Assembly (NCBI GenBank): GCA_964607485.1
Contig: CAZSKP010000003.1
Span: forward strand, 96,001 to 160,000
Direction: 5' to 3'
Source: an uncultured bacterium
GTDB taxonomy: Bacteria > Abyssobacteria > SURF-5
Length of the DNA: 64,000 bases
Below, piece after piece: positions 10,115 to 20,119 of this stretch. The position numbers and the translations under genes were made by a program. Under the pieces are notes generated by a model. That model was not told the origin of the DNA. It searched no databases and saw only the letters and a program-made list of their open reading frames with translations. Position 1 is the first letter of the stretch. Every line of letters begins with the position of its first letter.

Positions 10115-11092
10115 TCACGCGTCGGCGATTCGGTCGAGCAAGAACTGTTCGAAACGGTTCGGGTCAATATACAGGGCGACGTCCGCGTTCGGCTCCGCCG
10201 TCCTGCCGCGCGCGAACGGACGCAGGTCGGCAACGCTCATGCCCGTTGTCAATTTCCCGTCGGTCTCAATCTCGACATGCACGCGTCTTGTGCCCGCGAA
10301 ACCGCCGTCGATGGCGACCATCACCGCCAGGGGGTCGTGCAGACAGCAGCCATGATACCCTTCCCTCTCCCTGTAGAAGTTCATGACGTGCTCCGTCGAG
10401 TCCCTCAGGAACCGGTTGAGCTTCGTCCGCTTCTCCGTCGCGCTCAGAAGCGAGTGGCGGCTGAGGCGGGCGCTGCGAGTGACGTCGAGGCCCACTAACG
10501 TGATGGGGATGCCGGAGGATACGACCTCGCGCGCGGCTTCGGGGTCGCAGAAAAAATTGAACTCGGCGGCGGGAGTCACGTTGCCCGGAACCGAATAGGC
10601 GCCGCCCATCGTGACAATCTTCCTGATGCGCCGCGCCAACCCGGGGTCGAGCGTCAGGGCGAGCGCGACATTCGTGAGCGGCCCCAGCGTGACGACGGTC
10701 AGCTCGCCCGAATGCCGGTGGGCGAGTTCGCATATGAGCTCGGGCGCATACTTCTTAACAGGACGCAGGCGGGGGGACGGATATTTCCTCTTCCCGCGCC
10801 GGTCCTTGATGAACGATATCTCTCCCAATCCGTCGCGTCCGTGGATGGAAACGCTTGGAAAGGGTTCCCTCCAAATGGGCCGGTCGGCACCCTGCGCGAC
10901 GGGCGGGGCGTTCGGCATGCCCAGGATCTCCAGTACCTGGAGCGCGTTCCGGGTGCATTGGCCGACACCCGTGTTGCCGTTGACGGTCGTGATCGCTTCG
11001 ACCCGGAGCTCGGGCGACCGAAGCGCGAGGATCAAGGCGAGCGCGTCGTCTACCCCCGGGTCGGTGTCGATTATTATCCGCTCCTGTGACAT
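10115..11092 (-). CDS. Inosine-uridine preferring nucleoside hydrolase
   Basis: 'IIDTDPGVDDALA', 'HGRDGLG', 'LGPLTNVA', 'AEFNFFCDPEAA', 'LHDP'. Confidence 0.95.
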   Translation of the reverse strand: MSQERIIIDTDPGVDDALALILALRSPELRVEAITTVNGNTGVGQCTRNALQVLEILGMPNAPPVAQGADRPIWREPFPSVSIHGRDGLGEISFIKDRRGKRKYPSPRLRPVKKYAPELICELAHRHSGELTVVTLGPLTNVALALTLDPGLARRIRKIVTMGGAYSVPGNVTPAAEFNFFCDPEAAREVVSSGIPITLVGLDVTRSARLSRHSLLSATEKRTKLNRFLRDSTEHVMNFYREREGYHGCCLHDPLAVMVAIDGGFAGTRRVHVEIETDGKLTTGMSVADLRPFARGRTAEPNADVALYIDPNRFEQFLLDRIADA

Positions 11093-11138
11093 ATTCCTGG
11101 CTTATGAAAGCCGACGGCGTTCCCCCAACCGGAAGTTC

Positions 11139-12125
11139 CTAACTCGGAATCGGCCAGTCTTTTCGTTCGAGAATCTCCCTGATGATGTACTTCGGAAGGT
11201 GCCGCGAGGCAATGAAGGAGCGAACGGTGAACTCACCTATCATGCATAGTATCGCCACGAGGACGAATGAGGAAATCACGATCGCGTTGAGCAACAGGCC
11301 GGTTGAGACCTTGCCGAGAATCTTGAACGGCGTAAAATAGTCCACGACCACCCTGACCCCAAAGAGGAACGCAAAGACGAAACTGATAAACGCCAGTATC
11401 TGAAAGGGGCGTTCCGTCATGATGACGATATTATCCATGTTGTATTTCCAGAGTTTCCTGAACGTGTAGCCGGATTTTCCGTATTTCCGTGGATAGTGTG
11501 TGACCGGGACTTCCCGACATCGCCCCGCTTTGGAGATAGCGTCGATATTGCTGAAAACGTGAAACGGCCCCGGCTCCAAAGCTCGGACCAGCTTTGCATT
11601 GAATAGTTTGAAGGTGCATCCGAAATCCCGAAACGTGCTCTGCGACGCCTTTCGCATAATCATGTTGGCGATTCTTGACGGAATGATTCTGAGCAGGGAA
11701 TCCTCCCGCTTTTCCCTGTAGCCGCTGACGACATCGAAGCCCCTGTCGTATTCTTGCGCGAGCAGCGGAATTTCCTCGGGAGCCAGTTGCAGGTCGCTGT
11801 CCATGAACATGAAGGCGTTGCCGCGGGCCTGACACATGGCGGCCGTCACGGCGGCCTGTTGGCCGGCGTTCTTGAAAAAATCTATGACGGCGCTCACCTT
11901 CGGGTCACGCTGGAATATCTTCTTGAGCTTCTCGAAGGTCTTGTCGGTGCTGCCGTCGTTCACCATGATGATCTCGTACGAGCGTCCCAGGGATTCCATT
12001 GTGGCGGAAAGACGCGAGTAGAACTCTTCTATGCTTTGCTCCTCGTAGTGACAAGTTACGAGCACGGAGAACTCCGGAGCTTGATCATCGTCCTGAGCCC
12101 GATGCATCGCTGGCTTGTCCGGCAT
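11139..12125 (-). CDS. GT2 polyprenyl-phosphate glycosyltransferase (ArnC/GtrB-like)
   Basis: 'VNDGSTDKT', 'MDSDLQLAPEEIP', 'DVVSGYR', 'DFGCTFK', two C-terminal TMs. Confidence 0.9.
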   Translation of the reverse strand: MPDKPAMHRAQDDDQAPEFSVLVTCHYEEQSIEEFYSRLSATMESLGRSYEIIMVNDGSTDKTFEKLKKIFQRDPKVSAVIDFFKNAGQQAAVTAAMCQARGNAFMFMDSDLQLAPEEIPLLAQEYDRGFDVVSGYREKREDSLLRIIPSRIANMIMRKASQSTFRDFGCTFKLFNAKLVRALEPGPFHVFSNIDAISKAGRCREVPVTHYPRKYGKSGYTFRKLWKYNMDNIVIMTERPFQILAFISFVFAFLFGVRVVVDYFTPFKILGKVSTGLLLNAIVISSFVLVAILCMIGEFTVRSFIASRHLPKYIIREILERKDWPIPS

Positions 12126-12147
12126 CTTTCGGTTCCTATAAAATCAA

Positions 12148-13167
12148 TCAGTCGTTATCGCGAGGTGTATGCGCCACGACCATCCTGTAAAGCGACAGCC
12201 CGCAGTCACGCCAAGAAGGACTCGTATAGCCCGCCGACTGCATGAGCGCCGCATACTCCTGAACACTGCGGCGCCGTCCCCCGAAAAGTGTGATCATCAG
12301 AGAGGTCAGTACGGAGCTTGGGTCGTGCTTCAGCGTGTCATCATTCATGGGTTCCACTATGAGCGCAGTGCCGGGCCTTCGCAGACAAGAGCGAGCCTTC
12401 GTTACCAAGTTCGAAACCTCTTCGTCGTTCCAATCATGCAAGACGCGCACAAAAAGTATGGCGTCGGCCGCATTCGCCGGCAGTTCGTCGCGGAAAAAAT
12501 CCACCGGCAGAAGCTTGATTCTTGCCCCGAGCCCGGCCTCATCGATGCGGGCACGGGCTCCTTCGCATACGGCGGGAAGATCCGCAATGGTGATTCGCAA
12601 ATGGGGATATTTCTTGGCCAGAGTGATCGCCAGGCGAGCGTGTCCGCCGCCGAAGTCGATGATACGCTCGTGCGCTCCGAAGTCGTAGTGCTCCACGATG
12701 GCTTGGCTCAACTGCGCCTGAGAAGCATCCATCACGGATGAATAGTCGTCCACCGCGGAAGCTTGCAGTTGTTTCGGCTCGGAAGACTTCTTATAGATCC
12801 AGTATGCGGAAAGCACCGAGTCCTGATACCGGCCAGTCCTCAGCAATCCAGTCAAGTCACAGAGCGAGTCATAGAATTGCTGCATTTCCCTGTTCCAGCT
12901 TCTTATACTCTGATACGTGGGCAGGATCGAACGGCTCAGGTCTGATAATTCAAGCTTTCCGTCCTGTTCCCGAAGCATGTGGAACGCGACCAGCACGTCA
13001 AGGACAGCATCGGAGATAAGCGTGTCTTCCATCGCTGTTCTCTTCTTCAGTTCGGCACGGCTGAGAGGTGCCTGCTCCAGTTGCCTGAAAAGGTCGAGCT
13101 CGATTGCCGCCATCAGAACTCGAGCCAGGGCGAACGCTTTTACGGAATTCAGGAAGTCCGTCAACAT
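12148..13167 (-). CDS. SAM-dependent O-methyltransferase (Methyltransf_2 family with dimerisation domain)
   Basis: 'AAIELDLF', 'IIDFGGGHA', 'DLP', 'DFF', 'RVLHDW'. Confidence 0.9.
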   Translation of the reverse strand: MLTDFLNSVKAFALARVLMAAIELDLFRQLEQAPLSRAELKKRTAMEDTLISDAVLDVLVAFHMLREQDGKLELSDLSRSILPTYQSIRSWNREMQQFYDSLCDLTGLLRTGRYQDSVLSAYWIYKKSSEPKQLQASAVDDYSSVMDASQAQLSQAIVEHYDFGAHERIIDFGGGHARLAITLAKKYPHLRITIADLPAVCEGARARIDEAGLGARIKLLPVDFFRDELPANAADAILFVRVLHDWNDEEVSNLVTKARSCLRRPGTALIVEPMNDDTLKHDPSSVLTSLMITLFGGRRRSVQEYAALMQSAGYTSPSWRDCGLSLYRMVVAHTPRDND

Positions 13168-13303
13168 CTCCGTTTTCTCCTTTCGGTTGTGCCGACTGGT
13201 TTTCGGCCGCCTCGCGGCGAGCTCAAGATATAGAGCCGACGTGAACGGTTCACGCCTCCAACCTTGCAGGAGAAGGCCAACGAACTCACGTCCATTTGCT
13301 CGG

Positions 13304-13876
13304 TCATGAGCCTCCTAACAGTTTTTTCTCTAATTCAATTATCCTCTCGGATCTTCTCTTGCCTATCGGCCTTGCCGGATTACCCCCGCAAATCGTCCAG
13401 GGCTCAATCTTCCCCCGCACGAAAGACAGGGCACCGATCGCCGCGCCGATTCCAATCGTCGTTTTCGGCATGATTATCGATCCCGCGCCGACAATTACGT
13501 GCTTCTCCAATTTTACGGGTCCTTTATCGAATTTGACTTTGAATTTGTCCGGGATGGTAGTATTTGTCAATGAAGAGCCAAAAACGTAATCATCGGAAAA
13601 CGTGTACACCGAGACCCTGGCGGATAAACCGGCGAAGTCGCCTATCGAAATCTTCTCCTGTTCACCGTACAGCGCGCAGTAGGCGGCAATGTGGACGTAC
13701 GAACCAAGCTGAATGTCGCCGCTCAGTATGCAAAAATCGTCGATCCGAACATTGTCCCCGACGGTCAGTCTCTCGGGCGAATAGATGGATGCTTTCCTAC
13801 TTATGAGTACATTTTTGCCGTATTTTCTTATTCCCGATTCAGCAAGTTCGGCTTCTTCAAGAAATGATGTTTTCAC
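13304..13876 (-). CDS. Hexapeptide-repeat (left-handed beta-helix) acyltransferase
   Basis: 'VGDNVRIDDFCILSG', 'HVIVGAGSIIMP', 'GGNPARPI'. Confidence 0.9.
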   Translation of the reverse strand: MKTSFLEEAELAESGIRKYGKNVLISRKASIYSPERLTVGDNVRIDDFCILSGDIQLGSYVHIAAYCALYGEQEKISIGDFAGLSARVSVYTFSDDYVFGSSLTNTTIPDKFKVKFDKGPVKLEKHVIVGAGSIIMPKTTIGIGAAIGALSFVRGKIEPWTICGGNPARPIGKRRSERIIELEKKLLGGS

Positions 13877-13921
13877 AGCACGCTCCCAAGCAATCCCGGA
13901 TCGTATCCCGTTCTCGCAAAG

Positions 13922-15193
13922 TCAAGGCTTGAACATGACCCAACGAACCAGTTCACTGATGACAAGTTTGCCATCCCAAGGTGATTCAAAAGCGTTCATA
14001 AACCCTGGCCGGACACAGCGCGCCACTCCACGTGTTGTCGCTTCCTCGGCAAACGATTCGGCGTCCTCCAAAACGCCAAAAGCGATTCCCGCTGTCTGGA
14101 TTCTCGGGCCGAGCAAAGGGAGGATTTCTCTCCACGAAGCGATCTCGGTCAAGAACACGGTGCGAGATTGAACCGCTTCTTTAAGCGAGACTTCCCGGTC
14201 CATACAAACGGTCCAATTTGCCTCAGGTCCTGAAACGATGACATCCCGCCCAGCATCTAAGGCCCACTCGCTACGCGCATTCATGATGCCAACGGTGGTA
14301 TAAGGGTCGAGGCCGGGTTTAGGCGGCAGGTGGGCGAGGTGTGTCGCAAAGAGCTCACCAACCTGCCGCAACGACAGTCTCGAGTTTCTCTCCACAAAGA
14401 TCGTTTGCGGAGAGGAACAGGCTCGTTGGTCAAATGCAGCGATGTCTCTCACAAATTTCATTATCAGCTGTTCCAGGCCTTCGGGGCTTTCGAGCTGCGT
14501 CCGATCGATGAGACCAATGGAATATTTGGGGCCGAAGACAATCTCCGTGCAGTGTTCCTGATGTGGCAATACGGATATGGCTCTCACTGCCTGAGAGCCG
14601 CCCCACACCATTCTTGTATCTGCGGCCATGGACATCGTCTCGTTCAGGTCATGCTCTGCATAATCGAACCATACGACTGCTATGTTTCTTATCAGGTCCT
14701 TCCCCTCGAGCCCGTCAGCACTCGATTGAGCCAATAACGTCAGCAGAGCATCCAGCCCTCTTGGGTCGGGATAAGCCAGCTTCACGAGGCAGGCATTCTT
14801 TGCTAACAACGCGGGAACAATTGAGAACAAAGGCAACGTGGGAACATTGCCGGCCATCCACATCGATACCAGCCCTCGGGGTTTCGCAGCGATCTTCGCA
14901 GCTCCGACCGATATGAAACCGTCGAGACATTCCAACGATTCCCCCACGTTCAGCCGCAGCACTTTTTCCAGATTAGAAGAGCGTAGCCATGCTGATAGGA
15001 ATGCCACACCCTCAATATCTTGTGTCTTACGGTCGCGGATGATCCTGTGGGAAAAATTGTCCAGTAAAGCAAGAATGGCTTGAACCGGAACGCGCGCGAG
15101 TATTTCACGCTGCCGGTTCAGGTCCTCGATCAGTGGTTCGAGGAAGTCGAACTGTTGGGGCTGGCCGGTCGGAAGATATCGCAAGCCTCTCAT
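13922..15193 (-). CDS. luxC: LuxC-family acyl-CoA/acyl-protein reductase
   Basis: 'PRGLVSMWMAGNVP', 'VWGG', 'FGPKYS', catalytic 'FDQRACSSPQ', C-terminal 'WDG'. Confidence 0.85.
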   Translation of the reverse strand: MRGLRYLPTGQPQQFDFLEPLIEDLNRQREILARVPVQAILALLDNFSHRIIRDRKTQDIEGVAFLSAWLRSSNLEKVLRLNVGESLECLDGFISVGAAKIAAKPRGLVSMWMAGNVPTLPLFSIVPALLAKNACLVKLAYPDPRGLDALLTLLAQSSADGLEGKDLIRNIAVVWFDYAEHDLNETMSMAADTRMVWGGSQAVRAISVLPHQEHCTEIVFGPKYSIGLIDRTQLESPEGLEQLIMKFVRDIAAFDQRACSSPQTIFVERNSRLSLRQVGELFATHLAHLPPKPGLDPYTTVGIMNARSEWALDAGRDVIVSGPEANWTVCMDREVSLKEAVQSRTVFLTEIASWREILPLLGPRIQTAGIAFGVLEDAESFAEEATTRGVARCVRPGFMNAFESPWDGKLVISELVRWVMFKP

Positions 15194-16344
15194 TCCCGTT
15201 CCCCGTGAGCGAACGTATCCCCGCAGCCGCGAATTTCCGACTGTTCAATACGGCTTGTGAATCGGAAGTAGAGACCCTTCCGGCCACAAGGGCAATCATC
15301 CACCCCGATCAGCTGCCCCTTATCATCTGTCATTATTGCCTGGGCGGGATAACTTGTGGGAAGAATGCTAAGGATTTCAATAATCCCCTCTTCTCCCCGT
15401 CCAACGGGGACGAGGGTATGGGGAGCACGCAGGATAACATCGGCATAGGCTGGGGCGTGTTTGTTGCCCGCCTCACAATCCAAGAAAATTGTCCCGACTT
15501 GTTCGACCGTGCCGTAGAAGTCAACTATGGAATTGGGGGGGCATCCCAGAATGGCTGCCGTTCTTTCTGAGAAGGTCTCTTTCGAGACTCTTTGCTCCTT
15601 CAGTCGTTTCCACCCTCCTGAATGGAGGAGCCTTGCGCCGGGAGCGTTAAAGGAAAGGCCGAGCTTTTCCGCTTCGAGCACAAAGCGAGTCCATACAATG
15701 TACGTGAACCCAAAAAGCAAGATCGAACGATCCTGATGCTTATTGAGAAATTCAGCCACTCTATCGAAGTCCGGCACAAGAAGCCCGTTATCCAATTGGT
15801 CCATGGCAAATTCCGTCACTGAGGCAAAATTTCCGAGACCTCGAATGGCGGCGCCCCGAGCGGTCATTTCTTCGCCTTTCCCTATTGCCTTTTCCGCGTC
15901 CAAGACAAGATAGGGCCGACGTGTGCCCCCGATGTGTTCTTTCAGAACCGAAGTAAGCGCTCGGGCCTGGCGGAAAGCAGTCGATTTGTCAATAAATATT
16001 CGGCTGGGCATTTGCCCTGTCGTCGATGAAGAATGGAGTTCTCTAACAATAGACTCAGGAGTTACCGCCCGCAGTTCGAACCGCTTGAACATGGCTACCG
16101 GCAAGGGGGGGATATCATTGAGTGATTGCCATTCTGTCACTGGCTTGCCGATTCGACAAAGGAATCTGGAATACGCTTCGCAGTTGTTGGCCATCAATTG
16201 GCATTCCGCCTGGAGTATCGGAAGCAATCCGGTACTCTTTTCCTGCTGAGGTGTGCAATATTGGGGTCCCTTCAGCAAGCATTCCACTCGCTCTGCAAGT
16301 CGGCGCTCATCCAGCAATGCGTTTTCACATGAGAGATTCTGCAT
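15190..16344 (-). CDS. luxE: LuxE-family acyl-protein synthetase
   Basis: 'IPPLPVAMFK', 'SSSTTG', 'FGFTYIVW', 'HSGGWK', 'DFYGTVEQ', 'DDCPCGRKG', 'RGCGD'. Confidence 0.9.
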   Translation of the reverse strand: MQNLSCENALLDERRLAERVECLLKGPQYCTPQQEKSTGLLPILQAECQLMANNCEAYSRFLCRIGKPVTEWQSLNDIPPLPVAMFKRFELRAVTPESIVRELHSSSTTGQMPSRIFIDKSTAFRQARALTSVLKEHIGGTRRPYLVLDAEKAIGKGEEMTARGAAIRGLGNFASVTEFAMDQLDNGLLVPDFDRVAEFLNKHQDRSILLFGFTYIVWTRFVLEAEKLGLSFNAPGARLLHSGGWKRLKEQRVSKETFSERTAAILGCPPNSIVDFYGTVEQVGTIFLDCEAGNKHAPAYADVILRAPHTLVPVGRGEEGIIEILSILPTSYPAQAIMTDDKGQLIGVDDCPCGRKGLYFRFTSRIEQSEIRGCGDTFAHGERE

Positions 16345-16353
16345 GTCGAAGAT

Positions 16354-17940
16354 TCAGTTAACTTCCTGCCTCCCACTATCTCTCAGTCCGCCCATTTCCA
16401 ACGACTCGGTCCGCAGATTGGACGAACGAAGTTCGGCTTTCATTATCTTGCCATGATCATTGAGCGGCAGTCGATGAAGAATCGATATGACGTGCGGAAC
16501 CTTGTAGTTCGGAAGACGGTCGTTGCAGAACCGTCTGATCTCGCGGTCGGTAACGACACCGGGTTTGCGAGGAACCACATAGGCAGCAATCGCCTCTCCC
16601 CATAGTTCATCCGGAATCCCGATGACGGCCACGTGCAACACATCCGGATGGCTGGCGATTATCTCTTCAATTTCCTGGGGGCTGACACGGTTGCCCATGG
16701 ACTTAATGAAGTCCCGCGCTCGATCGACAATATAGATGAACCCGTCTCCATCCACTCGTGCCATGTCACCCGTGTAAAGCTTGCATCCCCGGAAAAACTT
16801 GGCAGTCTCCTCAGGGTCATTCCAGTACCCATGGGTGATGTTCGGTCCGGATGCCACTATCTCACCCACCTCTTCCGACCCGGGACAAACCGGTTTGCCG
16901 TCTTCTCGAATCACTTCGAGTTTGGTTGAGGGAAGTCCGCGACCGATTGAACCCTGTTTTATGTCCAAAAGCTCGGGTGGCAGGTAAGACAGGCGCGCCG
17001 TGGCCTCCGTCTGTCCGTACATGATGAAAATCTTGACATTCGGCTGTGCGGCCCGCAATTCCTTAACAAGGGGGGCGGGAAGCCTGCCTCCTGCTTGTTG
17101 CAGCCAGCGTAAGGCGGGGAATTGGCGTTGGGCAAAGTGGGTGCGCCGGAGCAATATCTGATAGGATGACGGAACTCCAGCGAAGCCGGTGCATTCTTTT
17201 GCTTCGAGTTCATCCAACACTTTCTCGGGAAACATGAAACTGCTGCAAAGCACGACCGAGGCGCCTACACGAAGATGAGTATGCAGTAACGAGAGGCCGA
17301 AGCAATAAGAAAATGGCAAGACGGCCAGCACACAATCCTCTTCTGTAAGGCCCAGATATGAAACTATGTCGTTCGTGTTGGTCCCTATGTTCCGGTGAGT
17401 CACCATCACTCCCTTGGGTTGTCCCGTGGAACCGGACGTGAACATGATTGCAGCCAGGTCAGAATCAGGATCGATCACGATACGGTCAAGGGCAGAGATA
17501 TCTTTCGCCCGTACGGCTGGTGTTTCTCCATCGTTGTGCACACACACTGTTTCTTCAGGCCACACGTGAACTCCCGCTCTTCGGGACCATTCTGTCACCT
17601 GCTCGACATATTTCCGTTGCACGAGAACATGTCTGAAAGCTGCGGTCTCTGCAATGTTGGAAAACGTTCGCTCATCTGTACTGGGGGGAAAGGGAACTGA
17701 ACACAGACCAGCCCGAATCGTTGCCAGGTATCCCAAGACAAAGAAGGGGATATTGTCGCTGTACAGGCCGACGCAGTCTCCCTTCTGAGTCCCTGACGCC
17801 AACAGGTCACATGCAAGGCTATCGACTTTCCGGCGGAGGCCGCGATAGGTCAGTATGTAATCGCGGAATAGTATGGCCGGCGAATCATCCTTTCCCTCGG
17901 CAAGGAGAACCGCGGCTATGTTGGCCGAAGCATCAGGCAT
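16354..17940 (-). CDS. AMP-dependent acyl-CoA / acyl-ACP ligase
   Basis: 'MFTSGSTGQPKGV', 'MYGQTEATARL', 'YTGDMA', 'GNRVSPQEIE'. Confidence 0.95.
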   Translation of the reverse strand: MPDASANIAAVLLAEGKDDSPAILFRDYILTYRGLRRKVDSLACDLLASGTQKGDCVGLYSDNIPFFVLGYLATIRAGLCSVPFPPSTDERTFSNIAETAAFRHVLVQRKYVEQVTEWSRRAGVHVWPEETVCVHNDGETPAVRAKDISALDRIVIDPDSDLAAIMFTSGSTGQPKGVMVTHRNIGTNTNDIVSYLGLTEEDCVLAVLPFSYCFGLSLLHTHLRVGASVVLCSSFMFPEKVLDELEAKECTGFAGVPSSYQILLRRTHFAQRQFPALRWLQQAGGRLPAPLVKELRAAQPNVKIFIMYGQTEATARLSYLPPELLDIKQGSIGRGLPSTKLEVIREDGKPVCPGSEEVGEIVASGPNITHGYWNDPEETAKFFRGCKLYTGDMARVDGDGFIYIVDRARDFIKSMGNRVSPQEIEEIIASHPDVLHVAVIGIPDELWGEAIAAYVVPRKPGVVTDREIRRFCNDRLPNYKVPHVISILHRLPLNDHGKIMKAELRSSNLRTESLEMGGLRDSGRQEVN

Positions 17941-17943
17941 TTG

Positions 17944-18180
17944 CTACTGCACACCCCTCTGCGCTAGAACGTCCAGAATATCTCGGACAGAAGCCATTTG
18001 CATAATCTCGTCTATCTCAAACTGGAGACCAAATTCCTCTTCCAACATCCCAGCCATATTCATATGACCGAGAGAATCCCATTTTGATACGTCGTCTGGA
18101 GTGGTTTCGGCAGAGATGCTTTCAGCGGGCACGGCAAAAACCTCGCTAAACACCTTCGCTACGCGCTCAATGGTTTTCAC
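17944..18180 (-). CDS. Acyl carrier protein
   Basis: 78 aa, acidic, phosphopantetheine motif 'WDSLGHM'. Confidence 0.92.
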   Translation of the reverse strand: MKTIERVAKVFSEVFAVPAESISAETTPDDVSKWDSLGHMNMAGMLEEEFGLQFEIDEIMQMASVRDILDVLAQRGVQ

Positions 18181-18330
18181 AAAATATTTTCCTTAATAAA
18201 TCTTGTCTCTCTTCATCCGGCCGGCTCTATGCATACTATTCTTTCAAAAACTCCGCCCCACATAAGAAAGAGAAAGGTTGCGCGTTAACGCAAGTCCGTT
18301 TCGCGAGCGCTGGGCCGATGAGCACCCAGC

Positions 18331-19047
18331 TCATAAGTTCATGCCACCATCTAGCGAGAAGACGGACCCGGTCACGTTTCTGGCTTCTTCGGAGAGTAGC
18401 CACATGACTAGTGCGGCAACTTCCTCCGGAGTTTGAAGCTCTCCTAGCGGAATTCCCTTCTTCACCAGGCTGAACATGATAGGAGTCGTCAAGCTTGTCT
18501 TGACGGCCCCCGGGCAGATCACATTAGCTCTGATTTTTTTCGAGGCATACTCTGCCGCAACTGCTCTCGTGTAATGAAGCAATCCCGCCTTTGTTGCTCC
18601 ATACACCGCAAGTTTCGGAGTGGCTTTCAGGCCGGCTACAGACGAGATGTTGATAATGTGACCGCCGGAGTCCTGTTCGAGCATGGCTTTGAGCGCAATG
18701 GCAGTAAGAAGAGCGGGAGCTTCGAGGTTAACCGCGATATGTTTGCGAACCGACTCGAAGGTCGAGTCATGCGCATTCTCAAACGACATGACACCTGCGT
18801 TGTTTATCAGAACGTCTATGCCTTTCATCTCTTCGATTGCGGCTTGAAGAGCAGCGCTTGCAGCCTCAAATTCCATCAAGTCGACGGAATGGTAGGTGGT
18901 ATTGTTAACAAGATCTTTTCCCACCTCTTGCCAACGCTCCCGGGTATCAAGTGCCAAAACGTGCACTACATGACCCTCCGCAGTCAACCGTTTGGCAATG
19001 GCCAGTCCGATTCCCGATGAAGCCCCGGTTATAGCGATTCTTTTCAT
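18331..19047 (-). CDS. SDR family oxidoreductase (FabG-like)
   Basis: 'ITGASSGIG', 'NNAG', 'YGATK', 'NVICPG'; start placed at MKRIA. Confidence 0.92.
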   Translation of the reverse strand: MKRIAITGASSGIGLAIAKRLTAEGHVVHVLALDTRERWQEVGKDLVNNTTYHSVDLMEFEAASAALQAAIEEMKGIDVLINNAGVMSFENAHDSTFESVRKHIAVNLEAPALLTAIALKAMLEQDSGGHIINISSVAGLKATPKLAVYGATKAGLLHYTRAVAAEYASKKIRANVICPGAVKTSLTTPIMFSLVKKGIPLGELQTPEEVAALVMWLLSEEARNVTGSVFSLDGGMNL

Positions 19048-19108
19048 GTCGCTTACCTCTTCCAGTCCTTTCAAGGCCGAACGTGCCAGAACTTGGCAGA
19101 CTTTGCCT

Positions 19109-19493
19109 TCAAATGAATCCTAGCGCTGCCTCTCCTGCCCAAGCCCCGGGGACTATCATACAATCACCTGCGATTTCGTCGATGGACTGGGCTGCATCGT
19201 GGTGACAAAAGTTCGCACAACCGTATCCCCTGTCCGTGGAAACGCTTATACAGGTGTTGAACAGCCCAGAGTTCATCGACGCAAGTAGCAACTTGCTACA
19301 CTTCCGGAGGAGAAAGCTCGAGAGCCTCGAATGTAGTGACGCAGGTCCTCGAAAGAAAGGATCGACAGCCCCCGGCATGTCGGCAAGAGCAGCTATTTCA
19401 TACTCGACGCCGTCCGCCTTGGCAAGATCTTGGAGAATGGCCTCTACTTCACGAGCAAAGTCCCGAGCTCCGAGAAGTGAATATTTTTTTCAC
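19109..19493 (-). pseudogene. Frameshifted/truncated NeuD/PglD-type sugar acetyltransferase remnant
   Basis: GTG at 19493 reads MKKIF.. but 'LLGARDFAREVEAILQDL' (cf. 'IIGAGGFAREV') continues in another frame near an A7 run; hexapeptide repeats absent. Confidence 0.6.
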
Positions 19494-19551
19494 TTAATTG
19501 TGCTCAATATCTTTATGTTCCCCCAACTTATGACCTTACCAAATGCAGTGA

Positions 19552-19581
19552 ATTCTATCATATCATCTTTCGGGATGTCAA
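19552..19581 (-). promoter_or_regulatory. sigma70-type promoter for the acyl cassette
   Basis: TTGACA-18 nt-TAGAAT with TG extension on the minus strand. Confidence 0.6.
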
Positions 19582-20119
19582 GATATCCGCCTCGCTCGCA
19601 GACCCGCATTTCGGACAAGAAAAAGGACTTTGACAGAGGAGGGCAGATTCCAAAAGTTCTTGACAAAGGCCTTAACGCCCACGATAAGAAAAACCTGGTA
19701 GCGAGGGGGTGGACGACAAACTCTTTCGAATCCCGCGTCCGGCTCTTCGCCGAATCGTCCGATTTCTCTCCACAGATATACCCTTGTTGGTCGATGGTAA
19801 AGCGGTTCAGGGCATGGGAGGACGTAGTTGCCTCATTACATCACGACGCGCATTGATTTGATTTAATGTTTCAAGGTGAGACACAGCCAGTCCCGCTTAC
19901 TGCGCACGACAGATAAGCACGGACTTCCGTAGTCGAGTACGAGGAATATTCCGAAAGTCATAAAATGTGGGAGAATTGTGAGATGAGGAAATTCAGCCCG
20001 CGGAGATGTCGTTCCCGGAACAAGGCGTGTGAACAGATTCCGGACTCCATAATTATTTGGTGAGAAATTCCTTGATCGTTCAAACAGTCAGGGAGTGACC
20101 TTCTCGGCAGATGAGACAG

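Noticed and set aside
13922-16344. Bioluminescence (lux) operon
   Set aside because: luxA, luxB and luxD are absent; the context is sugar modification
19696-19735. Possible second tRNA 3' remnant (minus strand ...CCCCCTCGCTACCA) and a 13-nt match to 35247-35259
   Set aside because: No properly spaced T-arm; the match is short enough to be chance
19236-19856. 206-aa plus-strand ORF
   Set aside because: No recognisable motifs; antisense to the acetyltransferase remnant and its promoter
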